Virus record (IMG/VR): IMGVR_UViG_3300027852_000005
Location: 1 to 63,560 of that record
DNA from: a virus
Reading direction: 5' to 3' (one strand)
DNA length: 63,560 bases
Positions 50,437 through 58,271 of this stretch are shown piece after piece (within the stretch, counting starts at the first letter, position 1; each line of letters opens with the position of its first letter). A model generated the notes under the pieces. It worked only from the letters and a program-made list of their open reading frames with translations. It searched no databases and was not told the origin of the DNA. The translations under genes were made by a program, and so were the position numbers.

Positions 50437-51675
50437 TCACATTCTAACGACGGTGACATTGTCAGCCGCTCTGGTTATGGCGGTATAGAGCCACCGCCAC
50501 CGGTCTTTACGGAAGCAGAAGCTTTCATCAAAAACACAGACACTGCGCCATTGAGACCCTTGGGCCTTATGACACGTCAGTCCATATCCATATGCAAATT
50601 CTTGGGCCTCCCGCTTTTCATACCACTGGAGGTTCTCTTCCGTTCCAAGGAAGTGATGCTCGTGGGCAGCAATTTCAATCGAGGCCATGCTGTCTTCTGG
50701 GTGGATGGACATAAATACTTTCTGGTCCATCTTAGCCGTAACGTCAGACACTTCAAAGATTGCCCCGTTTAGCAACCCTAGTTCACTATTGTTTCTAAGG
50801 CAAACTAATCTGTCGCCGATCACAGGGTATTGATCTTCTATGCCTTTCAACTTGCGAAGCTTCATATTAGTGAGACGTCGCGTCTTGTTCTTACCGACCA
50901 ATATCTGATCAAACGACAGCATTGTATCAGTATCCAGTTTTGTCCCTTCTGGGTGAACAACGCAGTTATCGCCGTAGTCACCAACAGTCAAAGCAATCTG
51001 GTTCCGTGTTTCGGTTGCCATGCGAATGATAGGACTTTCACCTGCCTGCCTGTGAATGTCTGTAAGCATGACATCAGGCTTTACGTTTTCAGTGAAGAAC
51101 CCAGCACCGCCGACAGGTGGTAATTGAGCAGGATCACCCAAGACGAGGACAGGCACTCCGAAACTGAGTAGGTCCCGACCCATGCGGTCATCAACCATGG
51201 AGCATTCGTCAATGATGACCAGTGCGGCATCGAGAATAATACTGTCAGTGTTTAGAACAAAGAATGGCTGTTCGGAGTTGTCACTCTCCGTTTGAATATC
51301 CGCTCGCAGGCGTCGTACCTTTGGGTGATCATCAATATATTCAGCCTTCATGTTAGCGGCTGAAAGTTCCTTGATCAAGGACTCTAGTTCAAATTCCAGT
51401 TCAACGAGTTTAACACGACTTTTGTCTCGAGAATGGTAAATCAAACTGTGGATAGTACAGGCGTTTTCGCAGCCTTTAGAGCGTAGGACGTGGGCGGCTT
51501 TGCCAGTGTAAGCGGCGAATATGACCTCGCCTCCGATACCTTCTGCTAGGTGTCTTGCGAGTGTTGTCTTGCCTGTGCCAGCGAACCCAAAGAAGCGGAA
51601 CACCTGTTGGTCCCCGTATTTGAGCCAGTCGTCAACTTGTTTTAAGGCTGCTTCCTGTTGTGGTGAGAATTTCAT
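50437..51675 (-). CDS. RecD/Dda-like SF1 DNA helicase (412 aa)
   Basis: Walker A is FGFAGTGKTT, Walker B is LVIIDECSMV, and the C-terminal motif is LTCHKAQGSQWRSVCVFDE. Confidence 0.8.
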   Translation of the reverse strand: MKFSPQQEAALKQVDDWLKYGDQQVFRFFGFAGTGKTTLARHLAEGIGGEVIFAAYTGKAAHVLRSKGCENACTIHSLIYHSRDKSRVKLVELEFELESLIKELSAANMKAEYIDDHPKVRRLRADIQTESDNSEQPFFVLNTDSIILDAALVIIDECSMVDDRMGRDLLSFGVPVLVLGDPAQLPPVGGAGFFTENVKPDVMLTDIHRQAGESPIIRMATETRNQIALTVGDYGDNCVVHPEGTKLDTDTMLSFDQILVGKNKTRRLTNMKLRKLKGIEDQYPVIGDRLVCLRNNSELGLLNGAIFEVSDVTAKMDQKVFMSIHPEDSMASIEIAAHEHHFLGTEENLQWYEKREAQEFAYGYGLTCHKAQGSQWRSVCVFDESFCFRKDRWRWLYTAITRAADNVTVVRM

Positions 51676-51689
51676 TTGTGGGCCTCCAT

Positions 51690-51729
51690 AAAAAATGTTA
51701 GGGAGCGACTGATTGGTTCAGCCGCTCCC
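51690..51729 (-). terminator. Rho-independent-type terminator after the SSB-like gene
   Basis: Sense: GGGAGCG-N15-CGCTCCC, then TAACATTTTTTA. Confidence 0.55.
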
Positions 51730-51756
51730 CGTTGAGATCCGTTCAGTCAGCCCAAC

Positions 51757-52620
51757 TTAGAACGGAATCTCATCGCCGCCGTCGCCATCACCCGAACCGC
51801 CGCTCGAGGAGTCGCCGCCCGACCCTGTTTCCGAGACCTTCCCTTCGGTTTCAACAGCCGCTTTGGCCAATCCACCTTCGATCATTTCACGGAATTTACG
51901 CGCCGCAGTCAGCATCACCTTACCAGCCTCATCAGGCTTGATCAGCGAGCCAATCCAGGTTTCGCCGAACGGACGGATCGACAAGTTGTAGAACGTCTTG
52001 CCTTTCGCAGTCTGCTTGGTAGTTGAAATCTTGGCACGGTTAGCCATCAAAGGCGGAGCGCCCTTGATCATGTACATCGAAGTCCACCAGTCCTTCTGCA
52101 CCTTGATCTTGGTGCTGCTGAATGGAAGAACGCAGTAACCGATGCTCTCGGTGCCAGTTTCGTCCAGGATCAAACAGTAGACATAGTGTGTTTCGATGAG
52201 GTCCATACCGTCCGGAGTTTTGAACGGCATACGCTGGCCATCTGCGTTCTCAGGCGGAATGCGGGAACCGCCGTTCGCATTGAGGATGTCCAGTACCAGC
52301 GGGGAACCATCTTCGTGGGAGTCGCCGCGTCCGCCGCCTTTTGAGCGAGGAACCCATTCGGCCCAGAGGTGGTCCTTGTGGATCGGTTGTACGATGATGG
52401 GCTGCGGTACGATTTCGCCTGTCACAGAGTTAACCAGATCACCAGATTTGGCAGGGTGATCTTCGTCCTCGACCAGCACCGAGTTGCTCTGCATCACAGA
52501 GATAAACGGAATTGAGAGGTCTGTAACTTTGACGTCTTCAAATCCCTCGTGCTTGTGATCACCGTAGTCATAGTTCCCGACTTCGGTGGTGTCGGCTTTC
52601 GCCATTGCTTTTCCAGCCAT
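51757..52620 (-). CDS. ssDNA-binding-like protein with an SSB-type acidic tail (287 aa from ATG 52620)
   Basis: The C-terminus ...GSGGDSSSGGSGDGDGGDEIPF mimics the bacterial SSB tip DDDIPF. ATG 52620 lies behind AAGGA, whereas the listed ATG 52644 lacks an RBS. Confidence 0.5.
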   Translation of the reverse strand: MAGKAMAKADTTEVGNYDYGDHKHEGFEDVKVTDLSIPFISVMQSNSVLVEDEDHPAKSGDLVNSVTGEIVPQPIIVQPIHKDHLWAEWVPRSKGGGRGDSHEDGSPLVLDILNANGGSRIPPENADGQRMPFKTPDGMDLIETHYVYCLILDETGTESIGYCVLPFSSTKIKVQKDWWTSMYMIKGAPPLMANRAKISTTKQTAKGKTFYNLSIRPFGETWIGSLIKPDEAGKVMLTAARKFREMIEGGLAKAAVETEGKVSETGSGGDSSSGGSGDGDGGDEIPF

Positions 52621-52772
52621 AAGGCATTCCTTCAAAGTTATCATGTTACGATTTTGATGGGACTTTATAGACTGGCAGTCCCTGGACCAGTATAGTTGAG
52701 AGGACGGTTAACCCTCCATGCTTCACGGTTTATTCTGGAGAAACTGCCGCGACTGCATCCTTCATGCTCCAA

Positions 52773-53321
52773 CTACTCCTTCACCTTGGCGACGCGCTGT
52801 CGGAAAATACCGAACGTCTCCTTGGGTAACTCCACGCCTTCACCAAGCTGTTCCTTCACCCATGCGTTGAGTGTAGCGTGGTGAACGCTAAATTCTTCTT
52901 TCATGACCAGCGGCATTTTGAGTTTCTGAACGGCCTTCTGGAATTTCGCAAAGGCTTTGTCGTCACCTTTTGCAAATGAGAACACCAGTTGCCGCTTGAC
53001 AATGTGACCATAGTCATGTTGATCCAACCATGCGATAGCAGGGATACGTTTATCACCTGCAATTGATGAGCGGATATCTTCCTTGACTTCTAAGGTGCGG
53101 CCATCTTTCAAGAGCAGCTTGCCGTTCATGCCCTCTGTGGCAGCGGGTATGCGAACCTCGGCGATGTCCTTACGCGCGTCCTTGGCTTTCTCCAGCGCCT
53201 CCTCGCGCTCAAGTATAAGTGCATCGGCGGCTTGCAGTTCGTCAGCAAGCTGGATCAACACAACTTCAAGGTTTCCGGGAATCGCTTCGTCCTTGAACGC
53301 GGCGTATGGGTCATCTGTCAT
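52773..53321 (-). CDS. Hypothetical replication-module protein (182 aa)
   Basis: ORF track, downstream of promoter P15. The N-terminus is coiled-coil. Confidence 0.55.
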   Translation of the reverse strand: MTDDPYAAFKDEAIPGNLEVVLIQLADELQAADALILEREEALEKAKDARKDIAEVRIPAATEGMNGKLLLKDGRTLEVKEDIRSSIAGDKRIPAIAWLDQHDYGHIVKRQLVFSFAKGDDKAFAKFQKAVQKLKMPLVMKEEFSVHHATLNAWVKEQLGEGVELPKETFGIFRQRVAKVKE

Positions 53322-53350
53322 GGTTATTTCCCTGGGCTATCTGTTTGCTC

Positions 53351-53391
53351 AACCTACCGCATCCAGCGGCAGGTGACAACCTCAAAATATC
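53351..53391 (-). promoter_or_regulatory. Dyad-type promoter P15 (degenerate dyad)
   Basis: Sense: GATATTTTGAGGTTGTCA-N17-TAGGTT. The upstream TGA (53382-84) lies inside the element. Confidence 0.5.
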
Positions 53392-53720
53392 TTCGCGACA
53401 ATCTCAGTGTACTCTCCATGTCTTCCGCTCCACTGAAGAAACTTCACTTTCCCATCATTATAGTTAGCAGCGACAGCAGTGGACATTCCAATCAATCCGG
53501 GATTTCCGATGAGTAGAAGATAGTCATCGTCGTTGAACCCAGACAGCCTGTCGTGAATGTCGCCGAGGATGAGTTCAGGGTCGAAAGGGTGAGCGGATGG
53601 GGAGAGGACATAGACGATCGGTCCCCACCTCTCAGCTTTGTGGATTGATGGGAAGCGTGGAACCAGTTCACGCTTGCCTGCATCAAATTTCATTTGTTGC
53701 TGAATAGCATAGACGGTCAT
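53382..53720 (-). CDS. Hypothetical protein (112 aa)
   Basis: Trimmed to ATG 53720 (MTVYAIQQQ...), ATGA-coupled to the SNF2 gene. Confidence 0.55.
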   Translation of the reverse strand: MTVYAIQQQMKFDAGKRELVPRFPSIHKAERWGPIVYVLSPSAHPFDPELILGDIHDRLSGFNDDDYLLLIGNPGLIGMSTAVAANYNDGKVKFLQWSGRHGEYTEIVAKIF

Positions 53721-55186
53721 ATCCATTCCTTCCATGGATCACCTTGGATTTCCACCGCGATGTCCTTTTTGTTTCGGAGGTTGCTAACGATATGCTCGTC
53801 CACAGTATCATTCGCAACGATGTCGATGTAGTTGACAGGATGCTCGTCCATACCAGCACGGTGACAACGGTCTTCTGATTGCAGACGATCCACCAGTCGG
53901 AAACTATTGGAGTAGTAGATCATCGTCTTTGCTTCGGTCAGGGTAAGTCCAGGACCTCCCTTTTGGGCAGTTCCTACGAACCACTGTGCATCACCAGCTT
54001 GGAAGGCCAGTTTGTTTCTTTCGGCGGTATCACCATCGACTGAGCCATCATAGCGCACGGCGTCCTTGCCCAAGAGGTCCATCAGTTGGTCTACGTCGTG
54101 GGTGAAACGCGCCCATACAATTGTGGGATTGTTAGTTGTGTCACGGATATCTTCCATGACTGTCATGCGTGGGTTCTTACTGCTGAACATATGCACAGGC
54201 TCGTCTTCGCCGACGGGCACATAGTTACATGCGATCTGCTGACAGCGAAGCAGCTTGACAATTGGGAGTTCTGCGGTGATGATCTCGTCGCCGATCTCCA
54301 ACATGAGTTCTTCTTCAAGTTCTGAGTAAGCGGCCTTCTGCTCTCGACTCATGTCGAAGTAACGCTTAGAGTATAGTTTCGGAGGTAGATCAAGGACCTC
54401 GTCTTTCAAGACACGGTCAGTAATTTCAGAAAGCCACTCTTGAAGGATATCGAGGTTCTGATACTCAAGCAGCTTATCGTATCCAGGATCGTAGCCGTGA
54501 AGTTTCTGGCAGTCATCACGTGTGAACCAGCGCCCAAAGAACTGACGGAATTCTACGCTTCCGTGGATACCTTTGTTTTTCCAGAAGAATTCGTCAAGGA
54601 AACGAACTTGACTATAGAGGTCGAATGGTCCGACAGCCACCGGGGTTCCGGTAAGGATACGACGATATTCAGCATATTTGCCAGACGCGACAATTGACTT
54701 GGTCCGCTTGGCATTGGGTGTCTTAATGTTATGGGCTTCGTCGAGTACATACAAGCACCGCCGCTTCTTGAGAAATTTCCAAATGAAGTCCTTTCCCTCT
54801 TTGGTCATGAACGCATTGTAACTGATAAGTAGTATAGCAAGACCGTCCCACTCGAGCAAGGCGTTCATGTTGCGCTTGTGTGCTTTGGTGTTCTTTTTGG
54901 CTGTGAGGAACACGGATACCATAGTATCGAACGTGAAGTCAGGCGGCATGTGTTTTGGAATTTCGTCGGTGTTCCAGTTGCGCTCAACTCCTGGAGGAGC
55001 GACAACGACTAAGGCATCAATCTTACCTTCGTCATAGAGATAGCAGGTTGTGTCAATAATAGGCTTTGTCTTGGCTGTTCCCTGTTCCCACAGTAGACCC
55101 CATGAGCGTTCTTCGACGTGCTCGGCTAGGTGGCTCAGCTGATGATCAAATGGTTTGATCGTATGAGGGTATTCTTGTATATCCAT
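53717..55186 (-). CDS. SNF2/DEAD-like helicase (489 aa)
   Basis: The DEAH box is YVLDEAHNIK, with a helicase C-terminal region ...QSEDRCHRAG. RBS AAGGA. Confidence 0.8.
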   Translation of the reverse strand: MDIQEYPHTIKPFDHQLSHLAEHVEERSWGLLWEQGTAKTKPIIDTTCYLYDEGKIDALVVVAPPGVERNWNTDEIPKHMPPDFTFDTMVSVFLTAKKNTKAHKRNMNALLEWDGLAILLISYNAFMTKEGKDFIWKFLKKRRCLYVLDEAHNIKTPNAKRTKSIVASGKYAEYRRILTGTPVAVGPFDLYSQVRFLDEFFWKNKGIHGSVEFRQFFGRWFTRDDCQKLHGYDPGYDKLLEYQNLDILQEWLSEITDRVLKDEVLDLPPKLYSKRYFDMSREQKAAYSELEEELMLEIGDEIITAELPIVKLLRCQQIACNYVPVGEDEPVHMFSSKNPRMTVMEDIRDTTNNPTIVWARFTHDVDQLMDLLGKDAVRYDGSVDGDTAERNKLAFQAGDAQWFVGTAQKGGPGLTLTEAKTMIYYSNSFRLVDRLQSEDRCHRAGMDEHPVNYIDIVANDTVDEHIVSNLRNKKDIAVEIQGDPWKEWI

Positions 55187-55209
55187 GGTTATATCCTTTA
55201 TCTATTTGC

Positions 55210-55250
55210 ACCTTAACTCAAACAGGTTACTGTGACAACATCACTGACTC
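55210..55250 (-). promoter_or_regulatory. Promoter P16 for the replication block
   Basis: Sense: GAGTCAGTGATGTTGTCA-N17-TAAGGT. Confidence 0.45.
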
Positions 55251-55331
55251 CACTGACTTCACTCGTGAAACGTCCCTTGCGCCCAAGTGAGGGCATCTCA
55301 AGCCGTTGTTTTTATTTACTTTATTTATCAC

Positions 55332-55360
55332 TGACTTTACTTACTTTACTTACTTTACTA
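55332..55360. repeat. Tandem 9-mer repeat (TGACTTTAC TTACTTTAC TTACTTTAC) in the 331-bp noncoding region
   Basis: Read directly at 55332-55358. It is flanked by A/T-rich sequence. Confidence 0.8.
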
Positions 55361-55517
55361 AAAACCATAGCCAGCTAAACCCGCCAGCCCTAGCAATTGG
55401 AAATTTAGGGGTGCCAGTAGTGCAAGTGAAGTCAGGCGATAATCTTTGCAGCAATAACAACGCTGTAAGACTTTAGGGATGACTTCACCTGCCTCTACTT
55501 GCCCTCACTAAAAGGCG

Positions 55518-56024
55518 CTAATGCAGCATCTCATAATGCGGCCCATCAATAAAGTCAGGTCCAGGATGACGGATGGTGTAGTCACGAACAGCCTTCTGCA
55601 TCGCTGCTGCGTATGCTTCTGGGCTGTTTAGGCTCTTGGGCGCATACTCGTCAAGTTCCTTGTCCCATACACCGCCCCACCGCAACTCCAGATCCATCTC
55701 GCGGCTTAGATAAGCCATGCAACCTGCGATCGGATAGATCAGTGGCCATTCCCAACGTGGAGACCCAACGTAAGGGACGAGGTCCACCGCTTCGCCGTAC
55801 CCACTGGTCTGCTTCTGGTGCTTTGACTTGCGACGACGACCATCCAACTTTGATGCTCCGCGATCGTAGAGTTTCTTCTGCATAGAAGCGGTTCGCAGGC
55901 CACCGTCGGCGAGAATTGTGAAATCAACAGGAGTGATCTTGATGCACTCTTTAACCAGAGCGACTAGCTTCGGATGAACGCCTTTCAGGTTCTTCTTTGA
56001 GTTTGTACCGAGTACATATTTCAT
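55518..56024 (-). CDS. Endolysin, M15-family (VanY/L-alanyl-D-glutamate peptidase-like, 168 aa)
   Basis: ...GGLRTASMQKKLYDRGAS...SKHQKQTSGYGEAVDLVPY... fits the zinc-peptidase M15 pattern (compare T5 endolysin). Confidence 0.65.
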   Translation of the reverse strand: MKYVLGTNSKKNLKGVHPKLVALVKECIKITPVDFTILADGGLRTASMQKKLYDRGASKLDGRRRKSKHQKQTSGYGEAVDLVPYVGSPRWEWPLIYPIAGCMAYLSREMDLELRWGGVWDKELDEYAPKSLNSPEAYAAAMQKAVRDYTIRHPGPDFIDGPHYEMLH

Positions 56025-56344
56025 TATGATTTCTCCATTCTTTCGAGCATCCTATCAATCCGTGAGGTTAGATTACCCATAGTTGAAATTAGCCTCTCCT
56101 CACTGAGAAGCATTTTCTGCTCCATGTCAGCAAGACGATTTCCACTGACATATTTCTCTGCGACCTGCAATTTGAATTCATGCAGTTCATCTGTTATCTG
56201 CTGGTGATGAACAGCATCGGTCAGTGAATTAGCCATAACTTTTCTCCATAGGTTCCAGAGAATTGTTCCGAAGATACCAGAAGTAGTGATCGCCAAGCCT
56301 AATATACTAAGCAATTCTGGGAGTGATATTGTAATTCCGGTCAT
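56024..56344 (-). CDS. TM plus coiled-coil protein in the lysis cassette (106 aa), possibly a holin/antiholin or lysis regulator
   Basis: It has an N-terminal TM (LSILGLAITTSGIFGTILWNLW) and is coupled on both sides (ATGA, TAATG). Confidence 0.5.
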   Translation of the reverse strand: MTGITISLPELLSILGLAITTSGIFGTILWNLWRKVMANSLTDAVHHQQITDELHEFKLQVAEKYVSGNRLADMEQKMLLSEERLISTMGNLTSRIDRMLERMEKS

Positions 56345-56655
56345 GTGTCTGTGATCCTTTGGTCTCGCTTCTTATAGAAGTCTATAAGGGCCTGTAGTTG
56401 CAATCCACAACTGATTAAGTTAGATCTATCGCGGATCCAAAAGGCTTCCACTTCCACTTGGGTCATGGATCTAGATGGCAGCAGAGCAGGCCGCTCACAA
56501 TCAGCAATCAACCCAGAAGGAGGATCAGAAAGAATCGGTGGCTCAACGGATCCTATTGATTCTGAACACGCTGTCGTCGCCAATGGCGCGGCGATCAGCA
56601 TTAGGATCTTTAGAACCTTGAAGCAATAATTCTTCAATTTCTGAGTTACGTTCAT
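56341..56655 (-). CDS. o-spanin-like lipoprotein (104 aa from ATG 56655)
   Basis: The signal is ...LKILMLIAAPLATTAC|SES. The gene overlaps the 3' end of the i-spanin gene by ~113 nt, an overlapped spanin architecture. Confidence 0.6.
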   Translation of the reverse strand: MNVTQKLKNYCFKVLKILMLIAAPLATTACSESIGSVEPPILSDPPSGLIADCERPALLPSRSMTQVEVEAFWIRDRSNLISCGLQLQALIDFYKKRDQRITDT

Positions 56656-56914
56656 CAAGTAGTCTCTCGAGTTCTAACTGTCTTAATCTCGCTTCTTCGA
56701 GTGCCTCGTTGTTGGCCTCAGTTTGACGATGACGTTCCTCTTGAACGGCGGTTTGATATTTTTGTTCGGTTACTTCGACACCACGGTCGTAGCCGCTATC
56801 ATAGACCCACCACACGGCAAAGATGATAGCTAGTGCGACCAAGATGTAGGGTAAAAACTTCGCTAATGCAACCCCAGCGCGTTTTCCGAACAGTGAAATT
56901 AGAAGTGATACCAT
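56543..56914 (-). CDS. i-spanin-like protein (123 aa)
   Basis: It has an N-terminal TM (FLPYILVALAIIFAVWWVY), a coiled-coil periplasmic part and the tail ...IGDDSVFRINRIR. Confidence 0.65.
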   Translation of the reverse strand: MVSLLISLFGKRAGVALAKFLPYILVALAIIFAVWWVYDSGYDRGVEVTEQKYQTAVQEERHRQTEANNEALEEARLRQLELERLLDERNSEIEELLLQGSKDPNADRRAIGDDSVFRINRIR

Positions 56915-56920
56915 AGTGTT

Positions 56921-57036
56921 GACCTCTACGGACGTGTTGGTGTGGGTTGGGTGGGCGGTAGGGTAAGCGGCGGCAACGCAGGGCGTCCGCCTGCGCCTAT
57001 TGTGGCCCGTTGGTGGGGCATAGGGGCAGGGCGCTA
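56921..57036. repeat. G-rich dispersed element copy E6 (intergenic, holin to spanin)
   Basis: CCTCTACGGACGTGTTGG (56923-40) is the inverted form of the 18-mer at 23575/36359. Also present are the core TGTGGGTTGGGTGGGCGGTAGGG, CCCGTTGGTGGGG (57006-18) and GGCAGGGCGCTA (shared with 36339-50). Confidence 0.6.
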
Positions 57037-57306
57037 TTGCACGGCATCTGGTGGCTCCTTTTGGCTCCCAAACTTAGTGTCATTCATCTGTGTCATAGTG
57101 GAAGATGTGAAGTAACTGACGATTATAGTCGTACACATGCCGAACACTGAGCCCAAGAGGAAACTCAGCTTCTCAATCCGAGTTGCCATTCCTTCTTGGG
57201 TCGTTCCAAGTAGAAGCATTGATCCACCAACGAAAAGCATGAACCAGAAGCTGATCCATGCCATTCGCCTACGATTGCGAAAACGTATGTCGTCTTGCTT
57301 ACTCAC
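57034..57306 (-). CDS. Holin candidate (90 aa, two TM; GTG start overlapping the upstream stop)
   Basis: TM segments are MAWISFWFMLFVGGSMLLLG and LSFLLGSVFGMCTTIIVSYF. It is the first gene of the lysis region. Confidence 0.5.
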   Translation of the reverse strand: MSKQDDIRFRNRRRMAWISFWFMLFVGGSMLLLGTTQEGMATRIEKLSFLLGSVFGMCTTIIVSYFTSSTMTQMNDTKFGSQKEPPDAVQ

Positions 57307-58268
57307 GCGACAGACTCGACACCGATCTCCAGTGAAGCGAAATCAGCAGCCACCCAATCAACAGCAGTGTTCGGGTTCGTTGCCCATTCACCGATAACAG
57401 GCACTGAGTAATCAGGAGATACGTTGCCTGCATCATAGTTCACAGAAGAGATGCGAATGAAAGGATCAATGCTTTGCGGTCCAGTCGTACCTTTGCTCGC
57501 CCATGATTGTGTGAAGACGCCACGGACAGCAGTTGGTGAAGCTGGTCCACCATAAGCAGTGATGTTGAATGAAGAACGCTCGGCTGCTGTACCAGACTTG
57601 ATACCAAGACCGTTGTTCCGTTCAATGATGTCGCTGAATGCTCCAGAGAAGTCAGTCTCGCCTCCGACCGCATCAGGAGTAAGAGTTGCTAGACGAAGAC
57701 CACGAGTGTCTTCATCTGCGACCATCATTTCGGAGATATACAAACGATCTCCACCACCTTGACCAATATCATAGACGTTCAAGATCATATTGAAAGCACC
57801 AGTCGAGTCTATCCATGGCTCACTGGCAGTTGCAACTTGAACACCGTTATGGTAAGCGGTGATGATATTGTTTCCACCAGAGTTAACCTGAATGTGAATA
57901 TCCACGTCTGTTTGAATACCAATACCTGGAGACGAAATGTATGAAGAGTAAGTTGATCCACCATTCCCATCAAAGACACCATATGCAGTTTCCCCATCAG
58001 AGATATCTGCTCTGGCTAGAGACTGACCGTTGCCATCAAGAATAGTCCACCAATATCCATCGGCGTTGATGTTGTGAGTACCAGTAAAATATTGACGCCA
58101 GTGGATCCAGACATCAGTTAGGGCAGTTCCCCAAGAGACAGCACCCGCTCTTTCATTCGTGAACTGAACTGCACGATCTGTATAATCAGGATCATGATAA
58201 GTTACGGTTAGATTGTCGACGCCACCAGAGAAGTCTGCGGCTCGTGTAAAAAATCCATAGAATGCCAT
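57303..58268 (-). CDS. Tail fibre-associated protein (321 aa)
   Basis: ORF in the fibre cluster. It is Gly/Thr/Ser-rich and beta-type, with no specific motif. Confidence 0.5.
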   Translation of the reverse strand: MAFYGFFTRAADFSGGVDNLTVTYHDPDYTDRAVQFTNERAGAVSWGTALTDVWIHWRQYFTGTHNINADGYWWTILDGNGQSLARADISDGETAYGVFDGNGGSTYSSYISSPGIGIQTDVDIHIQVNSGGNNIITAYHNGVQVATASEPWIDSTGAFNMILNVYDIGQGGGDRLYISEMMVADEDTRGLRLATLTPDAVGGETDFSGAFSDIIERNNGLGIKSGTAAERSSFNITAYGGPASPTAVRGVFTQSWASKGTTGPQSIDPFIRISSVNYDAGNVSPDYSVPVIGEWATNPNTAVDWVAADFASLEIGVESVA

Positions 58269-58271
58269 TGT

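Noticed and set aside
55187-55517. Possible CRISPR array or tRNA in the large noncoding region
   Set aside because: The repeats are 8-10 nt and contiguous or scattered, not 25-40 nt repeats with unique spacers. I found no cloverleaf, GTTCGAATC-type T-loop or acceptor pairing.
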